Shown here piece after piece: positions 27,618 to 37,924 of a stretch of DNA of 64,000 nucleotides. The notes beneath the pieces were generated by a model. That model was given only the letters and a program-made list of their open reading frames with translations. It was not told where the DNA came from and did no database searches. A program made the position numbers and the translations under genes. Source of the stretch: a bacterium. Its GTDB lineage: Bacteria > UBA8248. The stretch covers positions 2,912,001 to 2,976,000 of the forward strand of contig OZ244799.1 in NCBI GenBank assembly GCA_965219955.1. Reading direction: 5' to 3'. Within the stretch, counting starts at the first letter, position 1; each line of letters starts with the position of its first letter.

Positions 27618-28940
27618 ATGGACGATCTCAAACGACATGCCGTCGATTACCTCGACGGCCAGGCGGGCGAGGCGCGCGAAATCGCCCGCGAAATCTGGAA
27701 CTTCGCGGAAATCGCTCTCGAGGAATTCAAGTCCGCGGAACTGCTCGAAGACGTGCTCGAGCAAAACGGATTCGAGGTGCAGCGCGGCGTCGGCGACCTC
27801 CCCACCGCCTTCATCGCGAAGTGGGGCGACAGCGGCCCCGCCGTGGGAATTCTGGGGGAATACGACGCGCTGCCCCACTGCGGGGATTCCCACGAGAAAC
27901 AGGGCCACGGCTGCGGACACAACCTCTTCGGCACCGCGAGCTCCTACGCCGCCATCGCCGCGGCGCGCGCCTTGCGCGAATCGGGGACGAAGGGCCAGGT
28001 CGTCTGCTTCGGCTGCCCGGCGGAGGAGACCCTGGAGGGCAAGGTGTACATGGCGCGCGACGGCGCTTTCGACGGCCTCGACGCGGCCGTCACCTGGCAC
28101 CCCGGGGACAAGAGCTTCACCCGGGGCGGCAGCACCAACGCGATGGATTCCATCGTCTTCGAGTTTTACGGCGAGACGGCCCACTCGGCCCGCGACCCGT
28201 GGAACGGCAGGAGCGCGCTCGACGGCGTGGAAATCATGAACTACGGCGTCAACATGATGCGCGAGCACGTCATCGAGCCGGTCAAGATCCACTACGTCAT
28301 CACCGACGGCGGGGTGGCGCCCAACGTCGTGCCCTCCTACTCGCGCGTGTGGTATTACGTGCGCGCGCCCAAGAGGGCGATGGTCAACGAACTGAGCGAA
28401 CGCGTACGAAACTGCGCGAAAGCGGGCGCGCTGGCGTCGGGCACCACGATGAAGGAGACCCTCCTCACCGCCGTGTACGAGAACCTCCCCAACAACGCCC
28501 TGGCCCATTGCGTGCAGCGGAACCTCGAATTCGTGGGGGCGCACAGCTACTCGGACGAGGCGAAGGAATTCGCCCGCAAACTGGGCTACGAGACGCCGCT
28601 CTCGGAAGATGTCTCGCCCCTCGACCCGGCGGACATCCGCCCGAGCAACGAGCGCGGCAACGTGAGCTGGCTCACGCCCCTGGGCAACCTGATGACGACC
28701 TGCCACGCGCCGGGGACGCCGGGGCACTCATGGATGGCCACCCAGCAATACGGCATGGAAATCGGGGAGAAGGGCATGATGACCGCCGCAAAGACCATGG
28801 CAGCCACCGCGCTGGAACTCATCACCGATGAGAACGTATTGAAGCAGGTGCGAGAGGAGTTTCAAGAGAAGACGAGAGGCTTTACTTACGACCCCATCAT
28901 CCCCGAGGGGCAAAAACCGAACCCCCTGGGCATGAGGTAG
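27618..28940 (+). CDS. M20 amidohydrolase (AbgB/aminobenzoyl-glutamate hydrolase B-like)
   Basis: GEYDALP, GHGCGHNLFG, CPAEE, WHPG, GRSALD, PGHSW. Confidence 0.9.
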   Translation: MDDLKRHAVDYLDGQAGEAREIAREIWNFAEIALEEFKSAELLEDVLEQNGFEVQRGVGDLPTAFIAKWGDSGPAVGILGEYDALPHCGDSHEKQGHGCGHNLFGTASSYAAIAAARALRESGTKGQVVCFGCPAEETLEGKVYMARDGAFDGLDAAVTWHPGDKSFTRGGSTNAMDSIVFEFYGETAHSARDPWNGRSALDGVEIMNYGVNMMREHVIEPVKIHYVITDGGVAPNVVPSYSRVWYYVRAPKRAMVNELSERVRNCAKAGALASGTTMKETLLTAVYENLPNNALAHCVQRNLEFVGAHSYSDEAKEFARKLGYETPLSEDVSPLDPADIRPSNERGNVSWLTPLGNLMTTCHAPGTPGHSWMATQQYGMEIGEKGMMTAAKTMAATALELITDENVLKQVREEFQEKTRGFTYDPIIPEGQKPNPLGMR

Positions 28941-28986
28941 AAACCATCGGCGAATCATTCATCACCACGAACCAGGAGAGCACACC

Positions 28987-29826
28987 ATGAAATTCGGCGT
29001 CGCGATTTTTCCGACCGATTACTCCATCGCCCCGCACCGGGTCGCCAAGGAGGCGGAAGACAGGGGCTTCGAGTCCATCTTCTTCCCGGAGCACACCCAC
29101 ATTCCGGCGAGCCGGAAAACCCCCTGGCCCGGCGGCGCGGAACTCCCGAAGGAATACTCGCACTCGCTCGACCTTTTCGTGGCGTTAGGCGCCGCGGCGG
29201 CCGCGACGGAAAAAATCATGCTCGGCACGGGCATCTGCCTCGTCATCGAGCGCGACCCCATCACCCTGGCCAACGAGGTGGCCACGCTCGACCACATCTC
29301 GAACGGCCGCGTGCTTTTCGGGATCGGCGGTGGCTGGAACCGCGAGGAGATGGAAAACCACGGGACGAACTACCAGAAACGCTGGATCGTCCTGCGCGAG
29401 CGCATCGAGGCGATGAAGGCCATCTGGACGGAGGATGAGGCCAGCTATCATGGCGATTTCGTGGATTTCGAGCGCATCTGGTCCTGGCCCAAACCGGTCC
29501 GGAAACCGCACCCGCCCATTCTCGTGGGCGGCAACGGGGCGAGGACGCTTGATCGCGTGATTCGCTACGGAGACGAGTGGATGCCGCTGCCGCGCGGGGG
29601 CCTGGACCTCTCGCCGCGAATCCGGGAGCTTCAGGATATGGCCGCCAAGGCGGGGCGCCCACCCGTTCCGGTCACCATTTTCTTCGCTCCCCCGGACCTC
29701 GAGCAGTTGCGTGAATTCGAGGACCTGGGTGTGGGGAGAAGTCTCTTCCACCTGCCCTCGGCAAAAGAGGACGTCATCCTGCCGAAACTGGACGAGTTGG
29801 CCGGCGTCGTGGCGCAATACGGCTAA
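28987..29826 (+). CDS. LLM-class (probably F420-dependent) oxidoreductase
   Basis: FFPEHTHIP, LGTGICLV, GIGGGWNREE, WPKPVRKPHPPILVGG. Confidence 0.88.
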   Translation: MKFGVAIFPTDYSIAPHRVAKEAEDRGFESIFFPEHTHIPASRKTPWPGGAELPKEYSHSLDLFVALGAAAAATEKIMLGTGICLVIERDPITLANEVATLDHISNGRVLFGIGGGWNREEMENHGTNYQKRWIVLRERIEAMKAIWTEDEASYHGDFVDFERIWSWPKPVRKPHPPILVGGNGARTLDRVIRYGDEWMPLPRGGLDLSPRIRELQDMAAKAGRPPVPVTIFFAPPDLEQLREFEDLGVGRSLFHLPSAKEDVILPKLDELAGVVAQYG

Positions 29827-29832
29827 AAACAA

Positions 29833-29870
29833 GAAAAAAGCCCCCGGCAGGCTACAACCCGCCGGGGGCT
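29833..29870. terminator. Intrinsic terminator between convergent genes
   Basis: aaaaaa-gcccccggc..gccgggggc stem; U-tract on the - strand after msrA. Confidence 0.6.
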
Positions 29871-29887
29871 GATGCGTTCGGATTCGG

Positions 29888-30352
29888 CTAGTGGCAGATG
29901 ATCCCGTTTTTCTCGGCATACTGCTGGTGGTAGTCCTCGCCCATCCAGAATCGCGAGGCCTGCGTAATCTCGGTCACTATCGGCCCCCAATGACGCCCTG
30001 ACGCCTCCTGCTCCTCCCTGGACGCCTGTGCCGCAGTTTCTTGTTCGGGTGAGAAGAAATAAACCGCCGAGCGGTACTGGGTGCCCACGTCGGGCCCCTG
30101 GCGGTTCAGCGTGCACGGGTCGTGAATCCGCCAGAAGAGATCCAAAAGCTCCTGATAAGAAACTTTTTCGGGTTCGAATTCCAGATAGACGACCTCCGCA
30201 TGCCCCGTGCGGCCCGTACACACCTCCCGGTAGGTGGGCTCGTCCTTCGCGCCGCCCGAGTACCCCACCGCGGTGTACGCCACGCCTTCCACCTTGCGGA
30301 ACGCCGCCTCTACTCCCCAGAAACAACCTGCGCCGAACATGGCCTTTTCCAT
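29888..30352 (-). CDS. msrA: Peptide methionine sulfoxide reductase MsrA
   Basis: GAGCFWG, TGHAE, RQGPDVGTQYRS, EDYHQQY. Confidence 0.95.
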   Translation of the reverse strand: MEKAMFGAGCFWGVEAAFRKVEGVAYTAVGYSGGAKDEPTYREVCTGRTGHAEVVYLEFEPEKVSYQELLDLFWRIHDPCTLNRQGPDVGTQYRSAVYFFSPEQETAAQASREEQEASGRHWGPIVTEITQASRFWMGEDYHQQYAEKNGIICH

Positions 30353-30381
30353 AAACAACGCTCCTCGATGAGAGACAAGAA

Positions 30382-31479
30382 TTACGGCTCTAGCTCAATA
30401 CTCCCTGGCGGGCCATCCACCACCTCGCCGAATACGGCGGCGGAAGCCACGCCCGCTCCGTGAAGTTCGTCCAACAGCGCTTCCGCCTTCGCCGCATCCA
30501 CCGCGATGATGAGCCCGCCGGAGGTCTGCGCGTCGTTGAGCAGGGCGAGCATCTCCTCATCGACGCCCGGTTTCGGCTCGACGAAGGGCTTCGTCCACAA
30601 GCGGTTGCGATCGCCCCCACCCGCCGTGCCCGCAATGGCGTGGGGGAGCAAATCCTCGAACCTGGGCACATCGGAGAACACGACGCGCGCGCGCGCGCCG
30701 CTGGCCTCCATGACGTTGTGCAGATGGCCCAGGAGGCCGAACCCGGTCACGTCCGTACAGGCGTTCACGCCCACCCGCATCATGCACTCGCTCGCCATTT
30801 TATTCAGAGCCTGCATCGAAGCCACCGCCTCTTCGAACACGCCGTCGCGGAGTTTGCCGTTTTTGCCGAAAATGCCGCGCGCGGCCTTAAGCACCGGGTT
30901 CACCTGTTTCGTGACGTTGGTGACGACGCCGGTGCCGATTTTTTTCGTCAAAACGAGCTTATCGCCGGGTTTCGCCCCCTGGTTCGTTACCATCTCTCTG
31001 GGGTCGACGGTTCCCGTGACGGCGATGCCGTATTTGGGCTCCACGTCGTCCACGCTATGGCCGCCCACGATGACGCCGCCCGCCTCGCGCATCTTGTCCG
31101 CACCGCCGGCCAGGATTCTCCCCAAAATGTCCAAACCGATATGGCAGGGGAACCCCACCAGGTTCAGCCCGGTGATCGGCTGTGCGCCCATGGTGAAGCA
31201 ATCGCTCAGCGCGTTGGCCGCGGCTATCTGGCCATAGGCGTAAGGGTCGTCCACGATGGGGGTGAAGAAATCCACCGTCTGGACGATGGCCAGATCTTCC
31301 CTGAGCCGATAAACGCCCGTATCGTCCCCAGCGTTCGTTCCGTAGAGCAGGTTGGGGTCCGAAAACGGCTCGAACTGGCTCAACGCCTCTCGCAGGTCCT
31401 CCGGACCCAGTTTCGAGCCTCACCCCCCCGCCTTGACCATCCGGGTAAGCTGAACTTTTCTCTCCGATGCCGTTGCCAT
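30382..31479 (-). CDS. selD: Selenide, water dikinase SelD, selenocysteine-containing (UGA at codon 20)
   Basis: ATG 31479 with AGGAG RBS reads MATASERKVQLTRMVKAGG-U-GSKLGPEDL in frame into DDTGVY, TVDFFTPIVDDP, GGHSV and DAQTSGGL. TGA at 31422-31420. Confidence 0.93.
31393..31408 (-). promoter_or_regulatory. Bacterial SECIS-like hairpin of selD
   Basis: gggtcc-gga-ggacct stem-loop beginning 11 nt after the in-frame UGA. Confidence 0.65.
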
Positions 31480-31610
31480 TATCTCTCCTGAAACCTGGAC
31501 GCGGCTTGGGAAAATTCCCGTCCGGGGGGATAATAATACATCTTCAGATGATTAACAAAAAACTGCTGTCTTTCCCCCGTTTCCAATGAATGCGCCAGAA
31601 AGGACTCCTG

Positions 31611-32579
31611 ATGAAAGTCGTGATTTCAGATGATTACCAAGACTGCATCCGCCGCCTCGAGTGTTTCTCCAAGATGGCGGGGCACGACGTCACCATCCAC
31701 AACGACACGCTCGATGATATCGATGCGCTGGCAGAGCGGTTCCGGGAAGCCGAAGCCATCGTCCTGATCAGGGAACGAACCCATATGACGGAAGAATTGC
31801 TCAGCAGACTCCCCAATCTCAAAATCGTGAGTCAGACGGGCGCCGGTTTCGGCGGGCACGTCGATCTGGAAGCCTGCACGCGCCACAAGGTGGCCGTTGC
31901 CGCAGGCGGCACGGGCACGCACTCGACGTGTGAACTCACCTGGGGCCTCATCCACTGCGCCATGCGTTCCATCCCCCGGGAGATCCAGAATCTGGCGGAA
32001 GGCGGCTGGCAAACCACGTTGGGCGAGGATCTCTACGGCAAAACGCTCGGCGTGTATTCCTACGGAAATATCGGCAGCCAGGTGGCCGCTGTTGGAAAAG
32101 CGTTTGGCATGAACGTCATCACCTACGGGAGAGAAGGTTCCGCCGAGCGTGCCCGTACGGACGGCGTTCCGATGGCGGACAGCAAAGAAGCGCTCTTCGC
32201 GGAGGCCGACATCGTGAGCCTGCACATCCGCCTGATCCCTCAGACGAGGGGTATCGTGACGGCGAAGGATTTGAGCCTCATGAAGCCGAGCGCCCTTTTG
32301 GTGAACACCAGCCGCGCGGGGCTGATAGAAGAAGGCGCCCTCGAGGCGGCGCTCCAAGCGGGAAGGCCCGGATTCGCCGCCGTGGACGTGTATGAAAAAG
32401 AGCCGGTCCGAGGGGCCGAACATCCGCTCCTGGGCATGGAGAACGCGGTTTGCACGCCGCATCTGGGCTACGTCACACGAGGCACGTTCGAGAGGTATTT
32501 CGGTATCGCTTTCGATCAAATCAACGCCTTTGCCGACGGAAAACCGATAAACATCCACAACCCCGAAGTCCTGGATTGA
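31611..32579 (+). CDS. D-2-hydroxyacid dehydrogenase family protein
   Basis: VISDDYQ, LIRERT, GVYSYGNIG, VNTSRAG, TPHLGYV. Confidence 0.9.
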   Translation: MKVVISDDYQDCIRRLECFSKMAGHDVTIHNDTLDDIDALAERFREAEAIVLIRERTHMTEELLSRLPNLKIVSQTGAGFGGHVDLEACTRHKVAVAAGGTGTHSTCELTWGLIHCAMRSIPREIQNLAEGGWQTTLGEDLYGKTLGVYSYGNIGSQVAAVGKAFGMNVITYGREGSAERARTDGVPMADSKEALFAEADIVSLHIRLIPQTRGIVTAKDLSLMKPSALLVNTSRAGLIEEGALEAALQAGRPGFAAVDVYEKEPVRGAEHPLLGMENAVCTPHLGYVTRGTFERYFGIAFDQINAFADGKPINIHNPEVLD

Positions 32580-32686
32580 GGGCTATCTTGAGCCCGATTC
32601 CGCATACGGCTTGATTTTTCGAGCGTGGCGGTGTTCAATCGCCTCCCGGAATCATGAAACCCCCTTGACGATTGAGGTTCACCGGT

Positions 32687-33829
32687 TTGGATTTCGCCTT
32701 TAACGAGCGCCAGGAACTCATGCGCCGTACGCTGCATGAGCTTTTAGAGCGGGTTTGCCCCCCTGAATACGCGATGGATTGCGACAAGAAGGGCGAAGCC
32801 CCTGTCGAGGCCTACAAGGCCCTGGCGGATGACGGGTGGATAGGCGTGTCCACGCCCGAAGAATACGGCGGCATGGGGGGCGACGCGCTCGATCTGGCCC
32901 TCGTCCTCGAAACCGCTGGGATGCACTATCTCGACCTCGCCACCATGATCTTCAGAAACGTCTGCTACGGCGTGGACGCCCTCCTCGTCAGCGGAACGGA
33001 CGCTCAGAAAAAAGACTTCATTCCCGCCACCATCCAGGGGGCGAAGTATTTCGCGTTCAGTCTCACCGAACCGGACGCCGGTTCCGACGCTGCGGCCATC
33101 ATCGCCCGCGCGGACCGGGAAGAAGACCGCTTTCGCCTCACGGGCACCAAAAATTTCACTTCCGGCATGCCGACGGCCACGCATATCCTCGTCGCCGCGC
33201 GTACGGACAACTCGGGCGCGAAGCACGAAGGCATCACGAACTTCATCATCCCCGCCGACGCAGAGGGCGTCACCTGGTCGAAGCTCGACTTGCTCGGACA
33301 CCGCGCGATGGGCACGTGCGTGGTGCATTATGACACCGTGGAGGCGAGCGAAGCCGACGTCCTGGGAGAAGTGGGAGACGGCTGGCAGGGCCTCATGGCC
33401 TACATCACCACGGAGCGCCTGTGCCTGTCCGCTGCGCGCACGGGGGCTGCAGCGGCTGCGCTCGAACTGGCTCTCAATCACGCAAAGGAAAGAAAGCAGT
33501 TCGGCCGCCCCATCGGCAAGTTCCAAGCCGTAAGCCACATGCTTACCGAAATGCACATGCTCGTCGATACGGCGCGGCTGCAGGTCTACCGGTTCGCCTG
33601 GCTGGTTTCGCAGGGAAAGGCGGGGCGCATCGAAGCGGCGACACTCAAGCTCTATGCCGGCGAAGCCTACAAGCGGGTGGCCGACCTGGGGGTGCAGGTG
33701 ATGGGCGGGTACGGCTACAGCGGAGAATACGCCATGGAGCGCCACTACCGCGACGCGCGGCTGGCCACGATCGGCGCGGGCACGAGCGAGGTGCAAAGAA
33801 ACATCATCGCCAAGGCGCTGGGGCTGTAG
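32687..33829 (+). CDS. Acyl-CoA dehydrogenase family protein
   Basis: FSLTEPDAGSD, RKQFGRPIGKFQ, GGYGY, IGAGTSEVQR; start uncertain. Confidence 0.9.
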   Translation: MDFAFNERQELMRRTLHELLERVCPPEYAMDCDKKGEAPVEAYKALADDGWIGVSTPEEYGGMGGDALDLALVLETAGMHYLDLATMIFRNVCYGVDALLVSGTDAQKKDFIPATIQGAKYFAFSLTEPDAGSDAAAIIARADREEDRFRLTGTKNFTSGMPTATHILVAARTDNSGAKHEGITNFIIPADAEGVTWSKLDLLGHRAMGTCVVHYDTVEASEADVLGEVGDGWQGLMAYITTERLCLSAARTGAAAAALELALNHAKERKQFGRPIGKFQAVSHMLTEMHMLVDTARLQVYRFAWLVSQGKAGRIEAATLKLYAGEAYKRVADLGVQVMGGYGYSGEYAMERHYRDARLATIGAGTSEVQRNIIAKALGL

Positions 33830-33922
33830 GAATCTCGCCGATGATGCTTGATGATTTGACCCAAAAAACCGAAACTGAAGACGACTTAATCCAAGAAGCG
33901 AATTTCATGAGGAAGCAATTAC

Positions 33923-34390
33923 ATGCCGCTGGATAAAAGCGTTCTGGAGAGAACCTTCCCCGAGTTCGAGTTCCGGGTCGAGCGCGGAAAAATCAGGGAA
34001 TACGCCATCGTCCTGGGGCTTACCGACCCGGTGCATACGGACCTGGAAGCCGCCAGAGCAGCGGGTTTTGACGATCTGCTCGCGCCGCCCACATTCGTGC
34101 GCCAGTTCTGGCACGAAAACCCCGGGAACGACCCCATGCCGCACCTGGGCTACGACCCCAAACGGCGCCTCCACGGGGAGCAGGAATTCGAATACCACAA
34201 GCCCCTCGTTGCCGGCATGAACCTAAAAGGAAGAAACGCCATCGTCTCCACCCGTGAGAAAGAAGGCCGCCGTGGCGGGATGATGACCTTCGTCGTCATC
34301 GAAACGAGGTTCGTGGACGAGGCGGGCGAACTGGTTCAGGTAGCAAGGCGTACCCTCATCGAAACCGCGGCCCCTCCCAAAGAGGCCTGA
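33923..34390 (+). CDS. MaoC-like dehydratase, N-terminal-type subunit
   Basis: VERGKIREYA, APPTF, LHGEQEFEYHKP. Confidence 0.88.
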   Translation: MPLDKSVLERTFPEFEFRVERGKIREYAIVLGLTDPVHTDLEAARAAGFDDLLAPPTFVRQFWHENPGNDPMPHLGYDPKRRLHGEQEFEYHKPLVAGMNLKGRNAIVSTREKEGRRGGMMTFVVIETRFVDEAGELVQVARRTLIETAAPPKEA

Positions 34391-34402
34391 TGGAGCTTTT
34401 AT

Positions 34403-34834
34403 ATGACGATTGTTACTGAATACGCGAAATGGGAAGAACTTACCGAGGGCACAGAACAAGAACTTACAGTAGGCCCCATCACCCGGACGGACCTCGTACG
34501 CTACGCGGGCGCCAGCGGAGATTTCAACCCCAACCACCACGATGAGATTTACGCCATCAGGGCGGGGTTCGACAAACCCTTCGCGCACGGGATGCTCCAG
34601 GGCGGGTATCTCGCCCGCCTTCTCAGTGAATGGCTGGGGCCTGATTCTTTCAAGAACCTGAAAATTCGCTTCAGCGCGCAGGCATGGCCGGGCGACATGG
34701 TGATCTGCAAAGCCAGGGTCGTGCGGCAATACGAAGAAGCGGGCGAGCGTCTCGTGGAAATCGAAGCAAGCGCTGCGAACCAGCGCGGCGACGTGCTCAT
34801 CAAGGCGACGGCGACGGCCGCTCCCCGAACTTAA
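34403..34834 (+). CDS. MaoC family dehydratase
   Basis: YAGASGDFNPNHHD, AHGML. Confidence 0.9.
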   Translation: MTIVTEYAKWEELTEGTEQELTVGPITRTDLVRYAGASGDFNPNHHDEIYAIRAGFDKPFAHGMLQGGYLARLLSEWLGPDSFKNLKIRFSAQAWPGDMVICKARVVRQYEEAGERLVEIEASAANQRGDVLIKATATAAPRT

Positions 34835-34850
34835 TGTAAGGACTTCTCTT

Positions 34851-36062
34851 ATGTTGGCAGGCTACCGCATCCTCGATCTCGGACAGGTCATCGCCGGAAC
34901 CATCGGCAGCATGATCCTCGCCGATATGGGGGCCGAGGTCATCAAGGTCGAATCTCCACAAGGCGACATCGGGCGCAACCCCGCCATCGCGGGCATCGGC
35001 CCCGTTTCAAGCATCTTTCTCACCTTCAACCGTGGGAAAAAGGGCATCGTCATCGACCTGAAAAAACCCGAAGGCAAGAAAGTGTTTTTGGACCTTGTGG
35101 AGAAATCAGACGCCGTGATGGTGAACTTCCGGCCCGGCACGATGGACCGGCTGGGTCTCGGGTTTGATGTGCTGAAAGCGAGAAACCCCGATATCGTATT
35201 CATCGATTCGAGCGGATACGGAGAACAGGGCCCATGGCGCGATAAACCCGCCTTCGATCTGGTCGAGCAGGCCGTAAGCGGCCACATGGCCATCACAGGC
35301 GAGCCGAACCGCCCGCCCGCCAGAAACGGATCGCCCACGGCGGATATCTCCACCGCCCTCTATACCGCCATCGCGTGTATGGCGGGCCTGTTGGCCAAGG
35401 CGAAAGGAAGAAGCGGAGCGCATCTGGAAGTGCCGATGTTCGACGTTCAACTCGCCATGCTCGGCTATATCTCGACCATGTATCTCAACAACGGCGACAT
35501 ACCAGAGCCGCCCGGCAACGCCCATGAGTACATGGTGCCCTACCAGGCATTCCCGACGGCCACGATCTACATTGTGCTCTCACCCCGCGAGGAGCGCTTC
35601 TGGAAAAAAATGTGCGAGGTCATGGGAATGGATGAACTGGCGGATGACCCGCGCTTTAAGACAAACGACCTGCGCTCCGAGAACAGAGACGTCCTTCTCC
35701 CCATCATGGAAGAGATTCTGATGACTCGCCCGGGCGAGGAGTGGATTGAACTCTTCGAGGCGGCGGGGGTGCCCTCCGCACCGGTGAACCCGCTCGATCG
35801 TGCGCTTGACAACGAGCAGGTCGAGGCAAGGCGCCTCATCCGCGAATATGAATACCCCGAAGTCGGAACAGTAAAAATCGTGGGTAACCCCATTTTGAAC
35901 CGATCGGGAAGCGGAAACCCCGACCCCGAGCCAGCTCCCCTTCACGGGGGTGACACCGAGGCGATCCTCCGCGATCTCCTTCTTTATGGGGATGAGCAAA
36001 TTCACGCACTCATCGATTCGAAGGTCGTTATGGCCGCAGGCTCCGAAGTTTCCAGGAAATAA
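34851..36062 (+). CDS. CaiB/BaiF class III CoA-transferase
   Basis: LADMGAEVIKVE, NRGKKGI, NFRPG, SGYGEQGP, PAFD. Confidence 0.92.
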   Translation: MLAGYRILDLGQVIAGTIGSMILADMGAEVIKVESPQGDIGRNPAIAGIGPVSSIFLTFNRGKKGIVIDLKKPEGKKVFLDLVEKSDAVMVNFRPGTMDRLGLGFDVLKARNPDIVFIDSSGYGEQGPWRDKPAFDLVEQAVSGHMAITGEPNRPPARNGSPTADISTALYTAIACMAGLLAKAKGRSGAHLEVPMFDVQLAMLGYISTMYLNNGDIPEPPGNAHEYMVPYQAFPTATIYIVLSPREERFWKKMCEVMGMDELADDPRFKTNDLRSENRDVLLPIMEEILMTRPGEEWIELFEAAGVPSAPVNPLDRALDNEQVEARRLIREYEYPEVGTVKIVGNPILNRSGSGNPDPEPAPLHGGDTEAILRDLLLYGDEQIHALIDSKVVMAAGSEVSRK

Positions 36063-36262
36063 GCCGCGCCCGTCATCGCCGGCGCAATTTTCGAACTCGA
36101 AAAACCTCACTTCCCCCCTTCCCTGTCGAAAACACTCCCGGCGGAATTCCGAATAAAAGTAGAATTTCATACATATGGCCGATTCGGGGTTGATTTCGCC
36201 ATATTTTCGTTATATAGTTCGCTTTATCTTTGCTACTCCACGAGACAACCCGGAGAAATGCC

Positions 36263-37795
36263 ATGCTTGCCAAAACCCAAGCAGCAGCCGTACTGGGCGT
36301 AGACGCCTACCCCGTCGAAGTGGAGGTCGACCTCGCACCGGGTCTCCCCTATTACGCCACCGTCGGCCTGCCCGACGCCGCCGTCAAGGAGAGCAAGGAC
36401 AGGATTCGCGCAGCCATCCTCAACACGGGCTTCATTTACCCGATGGGGCGCATCACCGTCAGCCTCTCACCGGCGGACGTCCGCAAGGAGGGCAGCGCCT
36501 TCGATTTGCCCATTGCGCTCTCGATACTGCGCGCGAACGGCGTATTTCATTCGCGCTCTCAAATGGAGGATTCTCTCCTGTTTCTGGGTGAATTGGCGCT
36601 TGATGGTTCTTTGCGACCCATCCGGGGAGCACTCAACATCGCCGTTCTCGCCAAGAAGATGGGCAAGCGCGGCCTCGTCCTCCCGGCGGAGAACGCGCCC
36701 GAGGCCGCCGTGGTCGATAAGCTGGAGGTCTATCCCGTGCACACGCTTCCCCAGGTAGTGGGATTCATCCGGGAGGAAATCGAGATTCCACCGGCGTGTT
36801 GCCAGAAAAACGGCATAGAGAAAAAAAAGATCGAAAGAATCAATTTCTCGGACATCCGGGGACAGCACCAGGCCAAACGCGCCGTCGAGGTCGCGGCCGC
36901 GGGCTCGCACAATCTTTTAATGATAGGCCCTCCCGGCAGCGGAAAAAGCATGCTGGCGAAAAGATTCCCCACCATACTGCCTCCGCTCTCTCTCGATGAG
37001 GCCATCGAGACCAGCCAGGTATGGAGCGTGCTCGGCAAACTCACGAAACATGATTCCCTGATCCGGGAACGACCCTTCCGCGCCCCGCACCACACCATCA
37101 GCGACGCAGGCCTTGTGGGCGGAGGCGCGCTCCCGCTGCCCGGCGAGGCATCGCTCGCGCACAACGGCGTGTTGTTCCTCGATGAACTGCCCGAGTTTCG
37201 GAAAAACGTGCTCGAATCCCTCCGTGGTCCGCTCGAGGACGGGAAGATCACCATCAGCAGAGCGCAGGCGAGCCTCTCGTTTCCGGCCCGTTTCATGCTC
37301 ACCGCCGCGATGAACCCCTGCATTTGCGGCCTGCGGACGGACGGCGCATGCACCTGCACGCCCAAGCAGGTGGCCCGGTACCGCTCGCGCATCTCGGGGC
37401 CGATTCTCGATCGCATCGACATCCACATCAACGTGCCGAGAGTGCCCTGGAAAGAACTCGCAGAAGACCCCGAGGGCGAGAGTTCCGCGATGATAAGAAA
37501 CCGCGTTCTCTCAGCGCAGAAAATCCAGAAAGAGCGCTTTCAGAACCACCCGGGCACCTACGCCAACGCCCACATGGGGCCCGCTCTCATCAACGAGCAC
37601 TGCAAGCTCGAAGCAGAGGGCAGACGCCTGCTCAAGCTGGCGGTGGAGAAACTGGGCCTATCGGCGCGCGCTTACCATCGCGTGCTGAAAGTGGCGAGGA
37701 CCATAAGCGATCTGGCCGGGGAAAGAGACATCTCCCCCCAGCATGTGGCGGAGGCGGTTCAGTATCGCCAACTGGACAGACAGATGCCCGTCTGA
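36263..37795 (+). CDS. comM: YifB/ComM Mg-chelatase-like AAA+ ATPase
   Basis: VGLPDAAVKESKDR, GPPGSGKS, PFRAPHH, GEASLAHNGVLFLDE, AMNPCICG, ISGPILDRID, LSARAYHR. Confidence 0.93.
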   Translation: MLAKTQAAAVLGVDAYPVEVEVDLAPGLPYYATVGLPDAAVKESKDRIRAAILNTGFIYPMGRITVSLSPADVRKEGSAFDLPIALSILRANGVFHSRSQMEDSLLFLGELALDGSLRPIRGALNIAVLAKKMGKRGLVLPAENAPEAAVVDKLEVYPVHTLPQVVGFIREEIEIPPACCQKNGIEKKKIERINFSDIRGQHQAKRAVEVAAAGSHNLLMIGPPGSGKSMLAKRFPTILPPLSLDEAIETSQVWSVLGKLTKHDSLIRERPFRAPHHTISDAGLVGGGALPLPGEASLAHNGVLFLDELPEFRKNVLESLRGPLEDGKITISRAQASLSFPARFMLTAAMNPCICGLRTDGACTCTPKQVARYRSRISGPILDRIDIHINVPRVPWKELAEDPEGESSAMIRNRVLSAQKIQKERFQNHPGTYANAHMGPALINEHCKLEAEGRRLLKLAVEKLGLSARAYHRVLKVARTISDLAGERDISPQHVAEAVQYRQLDRQMPV

Positions 37796-37924
37796 CTTCG
37801 CGGCCTCTGTGTTGAGACCGACGGGCACCCACCTTGTTTGTATTCTCAAAAACAGGCGCAGCCGATACATGCTCCTCCATTTTGGGCTATACTGAACTCA
37901 TCTCTCACCACAGAGGTTTTCGAT

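Noticed and set aside
29888-30352. MsrA next to selD as another selenoprotein
   Set aside because: The active-site codon is Cys (GCFWG); there is no in-frame TGA.
31421-31430. G-run near the selD 5' end as a frameshift or phase-variation site
   Set aside because: The frame is continuous through GGG GGG TGA; Sec recoding explains it without a frameshift.
36263-37795. comM as the target of a Tn7-like/AbaR-type island
   Set aside because: comM is intact, there are no tns/tni genes, and the downstream copy is explained by the local duplication.
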